Source: Geobacteraceae bacterium GWC2_53_11
GTDB lineage: Bacteria; Desulfobacterota; Desulfuromonadia; Geobacterales; Pseudopelobacteraceae
Direction: 5' to 3'
Assembly (NCBI GenBank): GCA_001802645.1
Contig: MGZJ01000041.1
Location: 83,422-147,421 of the forward strand
DNA length: 64,000 bases
Position numbers and translations under genes: made by a program. Shown one piece after another: positions 9,324 through 19,532 of this stretch (position 1 is the first letter of the stretch; each line of letters begins with the position of its first letter). The notes beneath the pieces were generated by a model. That model saw only the letters and a list, made by a program, of their open reading frames with translations. It did not search any database and was not told the DNA's origin.

Positions 9324-9857
9324 TTATTTCAGTTTTAACGGCATTCCGCTGATAACAACCTGTACCTCGTCTGCCGCAGAAGCCAGAATCTGATTCGTCG
9401 AACCGGCAATATCACGAAACAGCCGCGCAAGGCTGTTATCCGGCACGATCCCCATGCCGACTTCATTGCTGACCAGAACCACCGGCGTGACCATGCCGTG
9501 CAGCGTATTTTTCAGCCGCTGAACATCCTCGGCAATCCGCTGCTCAATCGGCTCTCCGCTCTCTTCGTATTTGAACAGCAGATTTGAAAGCCAGAGCGTC
9601 GCACAGTCCACCAGAATGACCTGAAACTCCCCGTCGCAGCGCGCCAGCGCCTGGGACAGATGAATCGGCTCCTCAACCGTGGTCCAGTCAGCCCCGCGCC
9701 GGTCCCGATGGCGCCGCACACGGTCGGTCATTTCCGCATCCAGCGTCTGGGATGTAGCCAGATAGCCGAGCGGCGATCCGAACTCACGAGCCCTCTTTTC
9801 AGCGTAAACACTTTTACCGCTTCGCGCACCGCCGGTGATGAAAATCGTTTTTGCCAT
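9324..9857 (-). CDS. cobU: Bifunctional adenosylcobinamide kinase / adenosylcobinamide-phosphate guanylyltransferase
   Basis: 177 aa with P-loop [19 protein letters not shown] lies upstream of ATG 9857. Confidence 0.9.
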   Translation of the reverse strand: MAKTIFITGGARSGKSVYAEKRAREFGSPLGYLATSQTLDAEMTDRVRRHRDRRGADWTTVEEPIHLSQALARCDGEFQVILVDCATLWLSNLLFKYEESGEPIEQRIAEDVQRLKNTLHGMVTPVVLVSNEVGMGIVPDNSLARLFRDIAGSTNQILASAADEVQVVISGMPLKLK

Positions 9858-9877
9858 GAATATCCTCCAAATTTTTT

Positions 9878-9917
9878 AAAACAAAAAAGCCCCGGTCCGC
9901 AAAAAGGGACTGGGGCT
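9878..9917 (-). terminator. Intrinsic terminator acting as the riboswitch expression platform
   Basis: Minus strand reads GCCCCAGTCCC-TTTTTGC-GGACCGGGGC followed by TTTTTTGTTTT, about 20 nt before the cobU start. Confidence 0.6.
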
Positions 9918-9964
9918 CGAAAACCGGAAAACAGATACGATCAGGCTTCGGCCCCTCGTTCCAC

Positions 9965-10145
9965 GGAGGTCCCAAAACTTAAACGGAGTGGCAGGTTTCC
10001 TGGCTTCAGGGTCATCTTACTAACCGCGCCTTCCCGGATATTTCCAGTGGCTTACGTAGCGGCGTTCATCACCTGTTACAGTTGCGGGACAGCGAAGGAT
10101 TCTAACCTTCTTCCCTTTTACCTGTGCCTTGCGGGGCACAGCACC
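9965..10145 (-). promoter_or_regulatory. Cobalamin (B12) riboswitch
   Basis: Minus strand contains AAGGGAAGAAGGTTAGAATCCTTCGCTGTCCCGCAACTGTAAC (conserved core) and the B12 box AGCCAGGAAACCTGCCAC (about 9988-10006). Confidence 0.8.
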
Positions 10146-10240
10146 AAAACCGTGTGGTGAAACAATTGTGACGTCGTATGTAGCAGACGGAAGAGATGAA
10201 AGTCAAAAAGAAAATATGCCTATCGAGCCATGGCAAAGTA

Positions 10241-10444
10241 TCAATAATGCGGCGGCGGTTCCTCCTGATCGGGATCGCGCGAAACTGATGGCGACATGGC
10301 CATCAACTGCTCCTTCAGCGTTGATAAATCACGCTTCAGCGATTCAATAGCCACCTCTTGACGGCAGACGATCTCATTCAGTTCCTGAATGGTGTGTTCC
10401 TGCTGCATATAGCGCAACTCAAGTTCATTTATTCTTTCTTCCAT
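10241..10444 (-). CDS. slyX: SlyX-family coiled-coil protein
   Basis: MEERINELELRYMQQEHTIQELNEIV... is SlyX-like. ORF 10241..10543 trimmed to ATG 10444 to match the usual family length of about 70 aa. Confidence 0.65.
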   Translation of the reverse strand: MEERINELELRYMQQEHTIQELNEIVCRQEVAIESLKRDLSTLKEQLMAMSPSVSRDPDQEEPPPHY

Positions 10445-10614
10445 ACCTGCCCCCCTCCTGGCTGAATTGCGCTGTCGTGTAACCAAATATGTCCATCGGT
10501 TCATGTCCCCCATATAAAATACTTGTTTGATTCTTTTTTGCAATTGCGCGAAAGCGTGCTAGCATCTCTCATTAAAACCAACGACTCAGATACTATAGCA
10601 GACTACTTTTCAGG

Positions 10615-13074
10615 ATGGTACCAGTGAAAATTAAAACCAAACTCATTCTCAACATGGTCATCGGTGCGGTCGCCGTCTGGTCAATCGTTATCACCAGCGT
10701 TTTCGGCCTCACCTTTATCAAGAACAAACTTTCCTACCTGACCCAGAAGAGCACCCCTTACCAGATCAGAACGGTGGAACTCCAGAAGGAACTGCAGGGA
10801 GCAATTACCGATCTGGTCAAACTCAATGCCGCCAATACGGCGGAAGAGTACAAACTGTTCAAGGGTGAGGCCGACAAATCGCTGGCCACGGTTAAAACGG
10901 CCCAACAGTCGCTCGAAGAGATGAGCAACAGCAAGATGGGCACCGCCGAAGAACTGTCCCAGATTGCCGAGGAGCTCTTCACTGCCGCTGCGGCGCGCAT
11001 TACCACCGACAAAGCTGCTGCCGAGGCAAACAGCAGGGTTGCCGTGAGAATGAAAGAGTCGTCGGCCCGCCTGAAAGAGTTGGACAAAAGAATCCGCATC
11101 CTCCAGACCGGCCGGGCCAATTCGTTTGCCACGGCGCTCAAGGATACCGGCGGCTACACCTCCCGCCTCCGCAGCGTTGAAGAGCTTCGCAATCTGATCA
11201 AGGATCTGCAGATGATCTTTATCACCGTGCAAAACGCCCAGAAGAGCACCGCCGTACTGATAGCCAAGGGAAAGATCAACTCGGCGCTGGGACGTATCGC
11301 CAAGAATGATTACCATAACGGCAACGAGACCATCGCAAAAGATACCAAGGTTGTCTCGGACAAACTGACGGAGTACATCAAACTGCAGACAGCCGCCCTC
11401 TCAGCCAAGGACGATGAAACAAAGGCAAAAGCATCGGAATCCGGCAAGGATCTTTCTGAAAAGCTGAATGCTCTCTATCTGAACCTCGATCAGGAAGCAA
11501 CCCTTGCGGGTGAAAAAGTGGGCATAGAAACCCAGAAGCAGGGAAGCATCTACGGGCAATCCAATGCCGCCAATTCAATCCTGCTGGACAACTCAGAGCT
11601 GGTGGCACTGGGATTGATGGTTGAAGGACAGACCAACCGGCTGTTCACGCTGGAGTCTACCGCTGAGATTGATAAGATTGACCCGGAAATCCGCACTCTT
11701 TTCGCCAAAATCACCGAACGTGCCGGTGCGGTGGAAAAGGCACTGGGTAAACAGGGCGCCAGGGATGAACTGAGAATCCTCAAGGGTGTGGTGGCGTCTC
11801 TGGGGAGCATTCGTAACGACCTCTACTCCGCCGACGGGATCATGAACACGCTCAAGAAACACCTGGCAGCGACTGACCAGGCCATAAAGGCCGGAGACAA
11901 GCTGCGCGCGGTAGTACTCAAACAGGCGGAAAAAGGCAAAGAAAGCGTCAGCACCGCCAAGGGGGAGCAGGAAAAGGCGATCGGCGCGGTCAATAAAATG
12001 GTACGAAACAGCATCGTCCTGCTGATCGCCATCGGTTCCGTTGCGGCCCTCATCGGCACCTTCTTCGGGGTATGGAGCTTCCGCTCCGTGATCCGGCCGC
12101 TGACTACCCTGGTCGGCGTTGCATCGAGCGTTGCCGATGGCAATCTTCACGTCCGTGATATTCAGAAAAGCAATGACGAGTTTGGCCAGGTACAGGATGC
12201 AATGGACAAGATGGTGCATAACCTTCGTGACATGGTCGGGCGTATCACCGACACCACCGCTACGGTTGCCAGCAGTTCCCAGGAACTTGCCTCAACCGCA
12301 GGCAAACTGGAGCGCAATTCCCAGACCCAGACCAGCGGCATAGAGACCACGGTTACCGCCATGACCGAAATGGTGCAAACCATTCAGGACGTATCCGGCA
12401 ACGCCATTAACACCTCCGATTCTGCCGGGCGAATGAAACAGATCGCACTGGACGGACAAAAATCACTGGACACCACCTCGAAAGAACTCTACGCCTTTGC
12501 CGACATCGTGCGCCAGTCGGCTGAAAAGACCGAAGCGCTTGGAGCCAAGTCCGAGGCAATCAACGAAATCGTTACTATGATCAAGGATATTGCCGACCAG
12601 ACCAACCTGCTGGCGCTGAACGCTTCCATCGAAGCTGCCCGTGCAGGTGATATGGGGCGCGGCTTTGCCGTGGTGGCCGACAGCGTCCGCCAGCTGGCGC
12701 ATCGCACGATCGAATCGTCCGACGAAATCGGACGCACCGTCAAGGATATGCATGACGAGGTCGATGCTTCTGTGTTAATTATGCAGAAAGAGCGCGTAGC
12801 GATCGAAGGAATCATTCGGCACATCGACGGCACGCTCGCTTCAATGGGGGACATCGTAAAGCATGTCGAACAGGTTTTCGGCATGGTCCAAACCATAGCC
12901 ACCGCCACCGAAGAGCAATCGGCAACCGCCGAAGATGTCAACCGCACCATGGTGGGAATCAATGATGTTACCCGCCAGCTGACCGTATCGGTAGAGGAGA
13001 TCAAGGGAACATCCGAGAATTTTGCCCGTCTGGCAGGTGACCTGCAGCAGATGGTCGGCTGGTTCAGACTGTAA
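10615..13074 (+). CDS. Methyl-accepting chemotaxis protein with a large (~450 aa) helical sensor region
   Basis: Two TM segments, a HAMP region, and the conserved signalling hairpin [37 protein letters not shown]. Confidence 0.9.
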   Translation: MVPVKIKTKLILNMVIGAVAVWSIVITSVFGLTFIKNKLSYLTQKSTPYQIRTVELQKELQGAITDLVKLNAANTAEEYKLFKGEADKSLATVKTAQQSLEEMSNSKMGTAEELSQIAEELFTAAAARITTDKAAAEANSRVAVRMKESSARLKELDKRIRILQTGRANSFATALKDTGGYTSRLRSVEELRNLIKDLQMIFITVQNAQKSTAVLIAKGKINSALGRIAKNDYHNGNETIAKDTKVVSDKLTEYIKLQTAALSAKDDETKAKASESGKDLSEKLNALYLNLDQEATLAGEKVGIETQKQGSIYGQSNAANSILLDNSELVALGLMVEGQTNRLFTLESTAEIDKIDPEIRTLFAKITERAGAVEKALGKQGARDELRILKGVVASLGSIRNDLYSADGIMNTLKKHLAATDQAIKAGDKLRAVVLKQAEKGKESVSTAKGEQEKAIGAVNKMVRNSIVLLIAIGSVAALIGTFFGVWSFRSVIRPLTTLVGVASSVADGNLHVRDIQKSNDEFGQVQDAMDKMVHNLRDMVGRITDTTATVASSSQELASTAGKLERNSQTQTSGIETTVTAMTEMVQTIQDVSGNAINTSDSAGRMKQIALDGQKSLDTTSKELYAFADIVRQSAEKTEALGAKSEAINEIVTMIKDIADQTNLLALNASIEAARAGDMGRGFAVVADSVRQLAHRTIESSDEIGRTVKDMHDEVDASVLIMQKERVAIEGIIRHIDGTLASMGDIVKHVEQVFGMVQTIATATEEQSATAEDVNRTMVGINDVTRQLTVSVEEIKGTSENFARLAGDLQQMVGWFRL

Positions 13075-13103
13075 ATGTATTCCATCTTGAAAGGAGTCTC
13101 CCC

Positions 13104-13841
13104 ATGCTGAGAATTATGACATTGTGCGCTGTTTTGGTTTCCCTCCTGGCAACAGAAGTAATGGCTGATGTAGTGAAGATAGGCGCCGGAGCAGCACCAA
13201 CCGAAAATATTTTCAAACCGGCTGAAGCGGCATTTGAAAAGGCATCCGGCCTGGATCTGTCGATAGTTTCCAGCGGCCCCAAACAGGCCTTTATTGACCT
13301 TGAACGAGGCACTGTTGATGCTGCGGCAGCGGGGCTTTCCTTTGACGACTGGATGGCGCTTCTGAAAAAAGAAGGTGTTTCCGTGGCTGATCCCAAAGCA
13401 TACCAGGCGGTTGTCATCGGTAAAGACAAGGTTATTGTCATTGTTCACAAGGACAACCCTGTGTCAAAACTGAGTAGAGAACAATTAACCGGGATTTTTT
13501 CCGGCAAGATTACCAACTGGAAGGATGTGGGCGGCAAGGATGCGCCGATTCTGGTTGTGTGGGGTGCATTAACCCAGGGAACTAATTCGATGTTCGTCAA
13601 ACACATCATGGGCGGAACAAAACCTACTGATGAAGTAATAGCCGCAACCACAGCCGAGGACATTCGCCACAACGTGGCATCCAACCCCGAAGCAATCGGC
13701 ATCGGACCTCAGGCGATCGTTAACAGCACCGTACGCTCGCCGGAAACTCCTGAGGTTGCACGCCCGATCACCCTCATTACCAAAGGCAAGCCGACCGAAA
13801 AAGTCAGAAAGCTTCTGGAGTTTATCTCCACCCGGAAATAG
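13104..13841 (+). CDS. Periplasmic PstS-like (PBP2) substrate-binding protein, paralog 1
   Basis: Signal peptide and the motif LTGIFSGKITNWKDVGGKDAPILVVWG. RBS AAAGGAG. Confidence 0.7.
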   Translation: MLRIMTLCAVLVSLLATEVMADVVKIGAGAAPTENIFKPAEAAFEKASGLDLSIVSSGPKQAFIDLERGTVDAAAAGLSFDDWMALLKKEGVSVADPKAYQAVVIGKDKVIVIVHKDNPVSKLSREQLTGIFSGKITNWKDVGGKDAPILVVWGALTQGTNSMFVKHIMGGTKPTDEVIAATTAEDIRHNVASNPEAIGIGPQAIVNSTVRSPETPEVARPITLITKGKPTEKVRKLLEFISTRK

Positions 13842-13875
13842 ACACAGAGCAATTACCACAGAGGAGGTCACACTG

Positions 13876-14643
13876 ATGAAGAAAGTGATAGCAGCAATCG
13901 GTATTACCGCGGTACTTGCAGCAACGTCTGGCATGGCTCTCGCCGAAAGCATTACCCTGATTGGCGGCTCAACCTCAATATCAACGGTTATCAACCCGGT
14001 GAAGGGGGCCTTTGAAAAGACTACGGGCATCACCCTCAACGCCACTGCCGCCGGCTCAAAAATAGCCCTGCAGAAACTTGACGCCGGTGAAGCAGATGTA
14101 GCAACTGCCGGCCACACATTTGAAGAGCTGCTCGGCAACATCAAGTCATCCAATATTGCCCTGAAAAACCCGGTCGAAAAACTGAACGTCATCCAGCTTG
14201 CCCAGCCGGCATCCTACTCCGTAATCATCAATCCTGCCAATCCGGTGGCGAAGCTCTCCAAAGATCAGCTGGCTGGCATCTTTAGCGGCAAGATCAGCAA
14301 CTGGAACGAAGTGGGCGGCAAGGACGCGCCGATCCTTTGCGTGGTCAGCAACCTGAGCCCCGGCAGCAATGACGTTTTTGCCAAGACGTTCCTCGGCGGG
14401 AAGAAGATCGCCATTGACACGCTGGATGCCTCAAATGCCGCCGACCTGCTCCAGAACATCTCAACAAACTCTGACGCCATCGGCTATCTTCCGGCTGCCA
14501 TGATTGATGCCTCGGTAAAAGCGGTTGAAACTCTCCCGATGAAATCAAGTCCGATTATCATGCTCACCATCGGCAAACCTTTGCCCAAGGTTCAAAAACT
14601 GGCCGATTTCATCCTTGGCGAAGGGGCAAAATACATCAAATAA
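13876..14643 (+). CDS. Periplasmic PstS-like substrate-binding protein, paralog 2
   Basis: ORF 13756..14643 trimmed to ATG 13876 (RBS GAGGAGG). Signal peptide MKKVIAAIGITAVLAATSGMALA. Motif LAGIFSGKISNWNEVGGKDAPILCV. Confidence 0.7.
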   Translation: MKKVIAAIGITAVLAATSGMALAESITLIGGSTSISTVINPVKGAFEKTTGITLNATAAGSKIALQKLDAGEADVATAGHTFEELLGNIKSSNIALKNPVEKLNVIQLAQPASYSVIINPANPVAKLSKDQLAGIFSGKISNWNEVGGKDAPILCVVSNLSPGSNDVFAKTFLGGKKIAIDTLDASNAADLLQNISTNSDAIGYLPAAMIDASVKAVETLPMKSSPIIMLTIGKPLPKVQKLADFILGEGAKYIK

Positions 14644-14709
14644 TCCGAGACTTCAGGAAAGACTCCTGAAGGTTGTTTTGCATCATCCACTCATAAGGAG
14701 GCAATACTC

Positions 14710-15468
14710 ATGTACAAACGCATCACCGTTCTGACAGCAGCAACCCTGGCCCTCTCCACAGTAATGGCCACCGCCGCCGAAATCAAGCTGGGCGGAGGCG
14801 GAGCATCAGTCGCCACGGTATTCAACCCGGTCAAAGCCCCTTTTGAAAAAGCCACCGGCAACAACCTGATCATCCTGCAGAGCACTCCGAAGGATGGTCT
14901 CAAGCAGCTGTGGAAAGGCGATCTGGAAGTTGCCGTAACCGCTGTCGGCCTGGATGGCATGATTGCCGGAGCAGCCAAGGACGGGGTCGTCATCGACAAG
15001 TCCTCCCTGCAGACGCTGGAGATCGGAATCAACAAGACGGTCGTCCTCCTGCACCCCTCCAACCCGGTCACCACACTGACCAAGGACCAGATGAAGGGGC
15101 TCTTCACCGGCAAAATCACCAACTGGAAAGATGTGGGTGGGAAGGATGCACCGGTGCTCGTTGTATGGGGTAAAAATTCCCCCGGCCAGAATGCTCTTTT
15201 CACCAAGTTGATTCTGGACGGTGAGAAGATAGTTGCCGAAAACCTGGAGACAACCGACTACAAGGGCATCAAGGACACGGTGTCAACCAACCCGGAAGCG
15301 ATCGGCATCGATCCACTCGGCATGGTTGACGAGTCCGTCAAAGCGATCAAACCGTCGCCTGAAGCCAACAGCCCGATCCTGCTGATTACCAAGGGAGAAC
15401 CGTCAGCTCCGGTCAAACTTCTGATCAACTTCATCAAGACGGAAGGCAAAAAGCACCTCAAGGAATAA
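14710..15468 (+). CDS. Periplasmic PstS-like substrate-binding protein, paralog 3
   Basis: Signal peptide and the motif MKGLFTGKITNWKDVGGKDAPVLVVWG. RBS AAGGAGG. Confidence 0.7.
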   Translation: MYKRITVLTAATLALSTVMATAAEIKLGGGGASVATVFNPVKAPFEKATGNNLIILQSTPKDGLKQLWKGDLEVAVTAVGLDGMIAGAAKDGVVIDKSSLQTLEIGINKTVVLLHPSNPVTTLTKDQMKGLFTGKITNWKDVGGKDAPVLVVWGKNSPGQNALFTKLILDGEKIVAENLETTDYKGIKDTVSTNPEAIGIDPLGMVDESVKAIKPSPEANSPILLITKGEPSAPVKLLINFIKTEGKKHLKE

Positions 15469-15530
15469 TTACCGCAAGGCCGAATTGAAGATGAAAGAGT
15501 CCGGAACACCCAGGTCCCGGACTGCTAAAA

Positions 15531-15562
15531 GGTCTCCGCACGTATGCGGGGACCTTTTTTAG
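15531..15562 (+). terminator. Intrinsic terminator after the binding-protein genes
   Basis: GGTCTCCGCA-cgta-TGCGGGGACC followed by TTTTTT. Confidence 0.5.
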
Positions 15563-15772
15563 TATGTGAGGTTGCAAAAGCAAAAAACCGATGCCTTGAT
15601 ACATCAAACCATGTTTCCACAGATGGTTTTTTTCTTTCAAATTTGGTTTACCTTACCGCTCATTCCATGTTATCAATTCAATATACATTGATAAATCGGC
15701 ATGTTGCCATATCTCGCGGCAAGCATCCATGTGTTTATTAAAATATATCAACAAGCTTGTTAGGGAGCAGAC

Positions 15773-16951
15773 ATGAATTTATTTATCGATCTTTACATGC
15801 ATCTGAAAATACGGACTCGCATCATTCTGCTTTCCGTTTGCTACAGTTTCTGCATTATTTTTGCGGTTGTGGCAGGCAGAATGCTTTCTTCAACAATATC
15901 AATCATGTCAACGGCCATATTTGTCCTGCTCGGCGGTTTTTTCAGCGGCCTGCTGTTCTGGTCTGTCAATGACGCACTCAAACGCATTATCGGCTATCTC
16001 ACCCTTATGGCCAACGGCGACCTGACACAAAAGATCTCCGCCAAACGTAATAACGAGATCAGCACCATCATTCGTGCTATCGACTCGCTGCAAAATACCA
16101 TTCGCGACATCGTAACCCAGATTTCACAAACATCAAATCAGGTTGCAGTCTCCTCCCGGAACCTTCACAGCAACGCTACCCAGATAGCAACAGGTACCGA
16201 TCACGTGGCGACCCAGACCAATTCGGTCGCGATAGCAAGCGAAGCGATGGCATCAACATCGAGCAGCATTGCCCACAATTGCCTGAGCGCAGCTGATGCA
16301 TCAAACCATGCCAGCGAGACCGCCCGTTCCGGCTCAGACGTTGTCCGGCAGACTATCACAGGAATGGAACGCATTGCAGAGCGGGTAAAACTGGCGTCAT
16401 CTACCGTAGAGGGTTTGGGAGCCCGGTCAGAGCAGATCGGTGAAATCATAGGAACAATTGAGGACATTGCCGACCAGACCAACCTGCTGGCGCTCAATGC
16501 CGCCATTGAAGCTGCCCGAGCGGGAGAACAGGGGCGCGGCTTTGCAGTTGTCGCCGATGAGGTCCGCGCACTGGCAGAGCGAACGACCAGAGCTACCCGG
16601 GAAATCAGCGACATGATCAAGGCTATTCAAAATGAAACCAGGGGAGCGGTTATTGCCATTGAAGAGGGTGTGGCCGAGGTCGCAAAAGGTACCGAATCTT
16701 CCGTGAAGTCCGGACAGGCCCTTGAAGAGATCCTGAGCCAGATAAATGACGTGACCATGCAGGTAAATCAGATTGCCACCGCCGCTGAAGAACAGACGGC
16801 GACAACGGGGGAAATTACCTCAAACATCCAGCAGATAACCACAGTGGTCCGCCAGACGGCTCAGGGCGCAACACAGACGGCAACCGCATCATCGGAACTC
16901 TCAAGGGAAGCAGACATGCTTCAAAGTCTGGTCGGCAAGTTCAAGCTCTAG
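15773..16951 (+). CDS. Methyl-accepting chemotaxis protein (short type: 2 TM + HAMP + signalling domain)
   Basis: 392 aa containing [40 protein letters not shown]. Confidence 0.9.
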   Translation: MNLFIDLYMHLKIRTRIILLSVCYSFCIIFAVVAGRMLSSTISIMSTAIFVLLGGFFSGLLFWSVNDALKRIIGYLTLMANGDLTQKISAKRNNEISTIIRAIDSLQNTIRDIVTQISQTSNQVAVSSRNLHSNATQIATGTDHVATQTNSVAIASEAMASTSSSIAHNCLSAADASNHASETARSGSDVVRQTITGMERIAERVKLASSTVEGLGARSEQIGEIIGTIEDIADQTNLLALNAAIEAARAGEQGRGFAVVADEVRALAERTTRATREISDMIKAIQNETRGAVIAIEEGVAEVAKGTESSVKSGQALEEILSQINDVTMQVNQIATAAEEQTATTGEITSNIQQITTVVRQTAQGATQTATASSELSREADMLQSLVGKFKL

Positions 16952-16982
16952 CCGGAATAAAGGCACATTTTGGCATAATAAA

Positions 16983-17017
16983 ATGAGGGCTACAGCAAAA
17001 GCTGCAGCCCTCATTTT
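16983..17017. terminator. Bidirectional terminator between the convergent MCP genes
   Basis: ATGAGGGCTACAGC-aaaa-GCTGCAGCCCTCAT, flanked by an A-run and a T-run. Confidence 0.6.
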
Positions 17018-17048
17018 TGGTGTACATCCTACGTTCAATTCTGAACGG

Positions 17049-18227
17049 TCACAGTTTGAATTTACTCACCAGATGCTGGAGTTCTCCGGATTGTTGAGAT
17101 AGAACTGCCGCCGCTGAAGCGGTACCTGTTGCTCCATGTGCGGTTTGCTGCACTATGTTGGTAATTTGCTGAATGGTATTGGTAATCTCGCCAGTGGTTG
17201 CGGTCTGTTGCTCTGCGGCAGTAGCGATTTGATTTACCTGCATGGTAACATTTTTAATCTGATCCAGAATTTGTTCCAATGCCTGCCCCGACCTCAACGA
17301 CGATTCCGTTCCCTTTTCCACCTCTGCCACGCCATCTTCGATTGCATCAACAGCCGCTTTAGTTTCGCTTTGTATGGACTTGATCATTACACCAATCTCA
17401 CGGGTTGCGCGCGTTGTGCGCTCGGCCAAAGCCCGCACTTCATCGGCGACGACTGCAAAACCACGGCCTTGCTCACCGGCTCTTGCTGCTTCAATTGCAG
17501 CATTAAGTGCCAGCAGGTTGGTTTGGTCGGCTATATCTTCAATAGTACCAATTATTTGGCCGATCTGGTCAGAACGCACACCTAATTCGAGAATTGTTTT
17601 AGCGGTACCTTTGACGCGTATGGCGATACGTTCCATGCCATCTGTTGTCTGGCGAACGATGTCTGCCCCAATTTGTGCGGCATCGCTGGCGCGACCGGAA
17701 TTTTCAGCTGCACTCAGACAATTATGTGATATTTCGCTGGATGTGGCCGCCATCTCTTCGCTGGCCACCGCAACCGCATTCGTCTGAGAAGCAACATGCT
17801 CGGAGCCGCTTGCTATCTGCTCAGCGTTACTGTGCAGATGTTGTGAAGCCATCGCTACCTGCTCTGATGTCTGGGAAATCTGGGCAATGACATCACGCAT
17901 GGTCGTCTGAAGGCTGTTGATGGCACGAATAATAGCGCTGATTTCATTATTGCGCTTGGCAACAATCGGTTGCGTCAGATCACCGGTGGTCAACATCTCC
18001 AAGTAACCAATGATGCGATCAAGGGCATCCTTGATTGATAAGAACAACAGGGCACTGAACACAATCCCGAGAAGCACGAAAACCGCCGTTGAAACTATGA
18101 CCATCGACATGGGAAGAATGCGACTTGCCACAACCGCAAAAATGATACAAAAACTATAGCAAGCGCTGAGCAGTATTATACGTGTCCGTACTTTCAGGCG
18201 ACGATACGGATCTAATATAAAGTTCAT
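17049..18227 (-). CDS. Methyl-accepting chemotaxis protein, paralog of 15773..16951
   Basis: 392 aa, collinear with the convergent copy (for example RTRIILLS(A/V)[12 protein letters not shown] and an identical signalling hairpin). Confidence 0.9.
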   Translation of the reverse strand: MNFILDPYRRLKVRTRIILLSACYSFCIIFAVVASRILPMSMVIVSTAVFVLLGIVFSALLFLSIKDALDRIIGYLEMLTTGDLTQPIVAKRNNEISAIIRAINSLQTTMRDVIAQISQTSEQVAMASQHLHSNAEQIASGSEHVASQTNAVAVASEEMAATSSEISHNCLSAAENSGRASDAAQIGADIVRQTTDGMERIAIRVKGTAKTILELGVRSDQIGQIIGTIEDIADQTNLLALNAAIEAARAGEQGRGFAVVADEVRALAERTTRATREIGVMIKSIQSETKAAVDAIEDGVAEVEKGTESSLRSGQALEQILDQIKNVTMQVNQIATAAEQQTATTGEITNTIQQITNIVQQTAHGATGTASAAAVLSQQSGELQHLVSKFKL

Positions 18228-18299
18228 AATATTTTCCTCGTTACGTGTTTAATTTTATGCACAAACAGCATGTGACTAACTTATTCATGTATACGCGTT

Positions 18300-19532
18300 T
18301 CAACAAAAGGCATCACGCCAACCGAAAGCCTTGCTCTGGCAACCAAGAACTTTTATGAGTGGGATACCGGCTTGATTGAGAAGTTTCGTTGCTTCATCCA
18401 ACTCAAGACGCTCAATCAGTTCGGCGATAGTAAGCAGCTCTCCCAGAGCGCCTTCACGACGGACCAAAGCGTTTTGGATTTCTTCGGACAGATTGAGCCC
18501 CTCGATCATTTCGTCAATTGTGAAGCCAAAACAATCTCCCAAAAGAGAAAGGGTCCCTACCATAAACGCTTCTGCTGGAGCGTCAGGCAATGTGCAGGTG
18601 CCGGGATGCAGCAGTGCCAGTTTTTCCAAAAAAGCGGCACGTACCGCGACCATATCCATCAACGGGTTATCCAGTTCCTGGCTGTCGTCATTGGCAAAAA
18701 GAGCCAGTTGCACCCAGCGTTTAAGCTGTTCCAGCCCTAAAAGCGTTATGGCGTGAGTAACCGTGCGAATTTTTTCGCGGCGCCCGACGGAAACAGAATT
18801 TACAAGAAGAAGGAGTTTATAGGTCAAAGCTGGACTTAGCTTGAATGTGCGCTCGATTTTGGCAATATCTGAATCGTCAATTAACTGCTGCATTAATTTG
18901 AAAAAGGTATGCGTTGAATCTGAAATCTTTTTTTTCTGTAGCGTTGAAGGACGTGAAAAGAAAAATCCCTGAAACAACTCGAAACCCATGCTGCGGCTCC
19001 GAAGATAGACGTGACGTGTTTCAACATTTTCCGCCAGCAACTTGAGCGGGTAACGCTTCAGACTGTCAACCGTCTGGTATACCCGTTCAAGCGGTGTCTT
19101 GATGAGATCAATCTTGATTATATCTATGATACCTTTATATAACTCCTCATATTCACTCGAATATACATGGTCATCAAGCGCAAGAACGTAACCGAGAGAT
19201 TTTAATTCACGACAACGAGTAATTACTTCAGGTGTAAATTCGATTGAATTAAGTAACTCCAACCCCAATACTCCGGCAGGCAGTAACTCGATCGAATCAC
19301 TCATCAGCATTTCGCCGTCTACATTAATGAGTCCACAATACGTTCCAAGAACATCCTCTATTTTAAACCCGGAGAGCGAATTGACGACTACTTGTGAAGT
19401 GGCCTGGAGAGAACTTTTTATATTGGCGGAACCTGGAGACTCCTGTGACCTGAACAAGAGTTCGTAAAATGTGATTTTTTCAAGCCGGTCCAGAATCGGC
19501 TGTCTACCTATTAAATATGAGCTATCCTTCAT
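18300..19532 (-). CDS. EAL + HDOD domain protein (c-di-GMP phosphodiesterase or sensor type)
   Basis: N-terminal IGRQPILDRLEKITFYELLFRS (ELL variant of the EAL motif), KIDLIK, AENVE and QGFFFSRP. The C-terminal half is HDOD-like. Confidence 0.8.
   Translation of the reverse strand: MKDSSYLIGRQPILDRLEKITFYELLFRSQESPGSANIKSSLQATSQVVVNSLSGFKIEDVLGTYCGLINVDGEMLMSDSIELLPAGVLGLELLNSIEFTPEVITRCRELKSLGYVLALDDHVYSSEYEELYKGIIDIIKIDLIKTPLERVYQTVDSLKRYPLKLLAENVETRHVYLRSRSMGFELFQGFFFSRPSTLQKKKISDSTHTFFKLMQQLIDDSDIAKIERTFKLSPALTYKLLLLVNSVSVGRREKIRTVTHAITLLGLEQLKRWVQLALFANDDSQELDNPLMDMVAVRAAFLEKLALLHPGTCTLPDAPAEAFMVGTLSLLGDCFGFTIDEMIEGLNLSEEIQNALVRREGALGELLTIAELIERLELDEATKLLNQAGIPLIKVLGCQSKAFGWRDAFC

Noticed and set aside
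12489-13448. 319-aa minus-strand ORF spanning the MCP / binding-protein junction
   Set aside because: It is antisense to two well-supported plus-strand genes and has no motifs.
15563-15772. Search for FliA (sigma-28) or sigma-54 promoters upstream of the second MCP
   Set aside because: Only partial matches were found (for example GCCGATTT on the wrong strand, and CGGCATGTTGCC with wrong spacing). Nothing is reportable.
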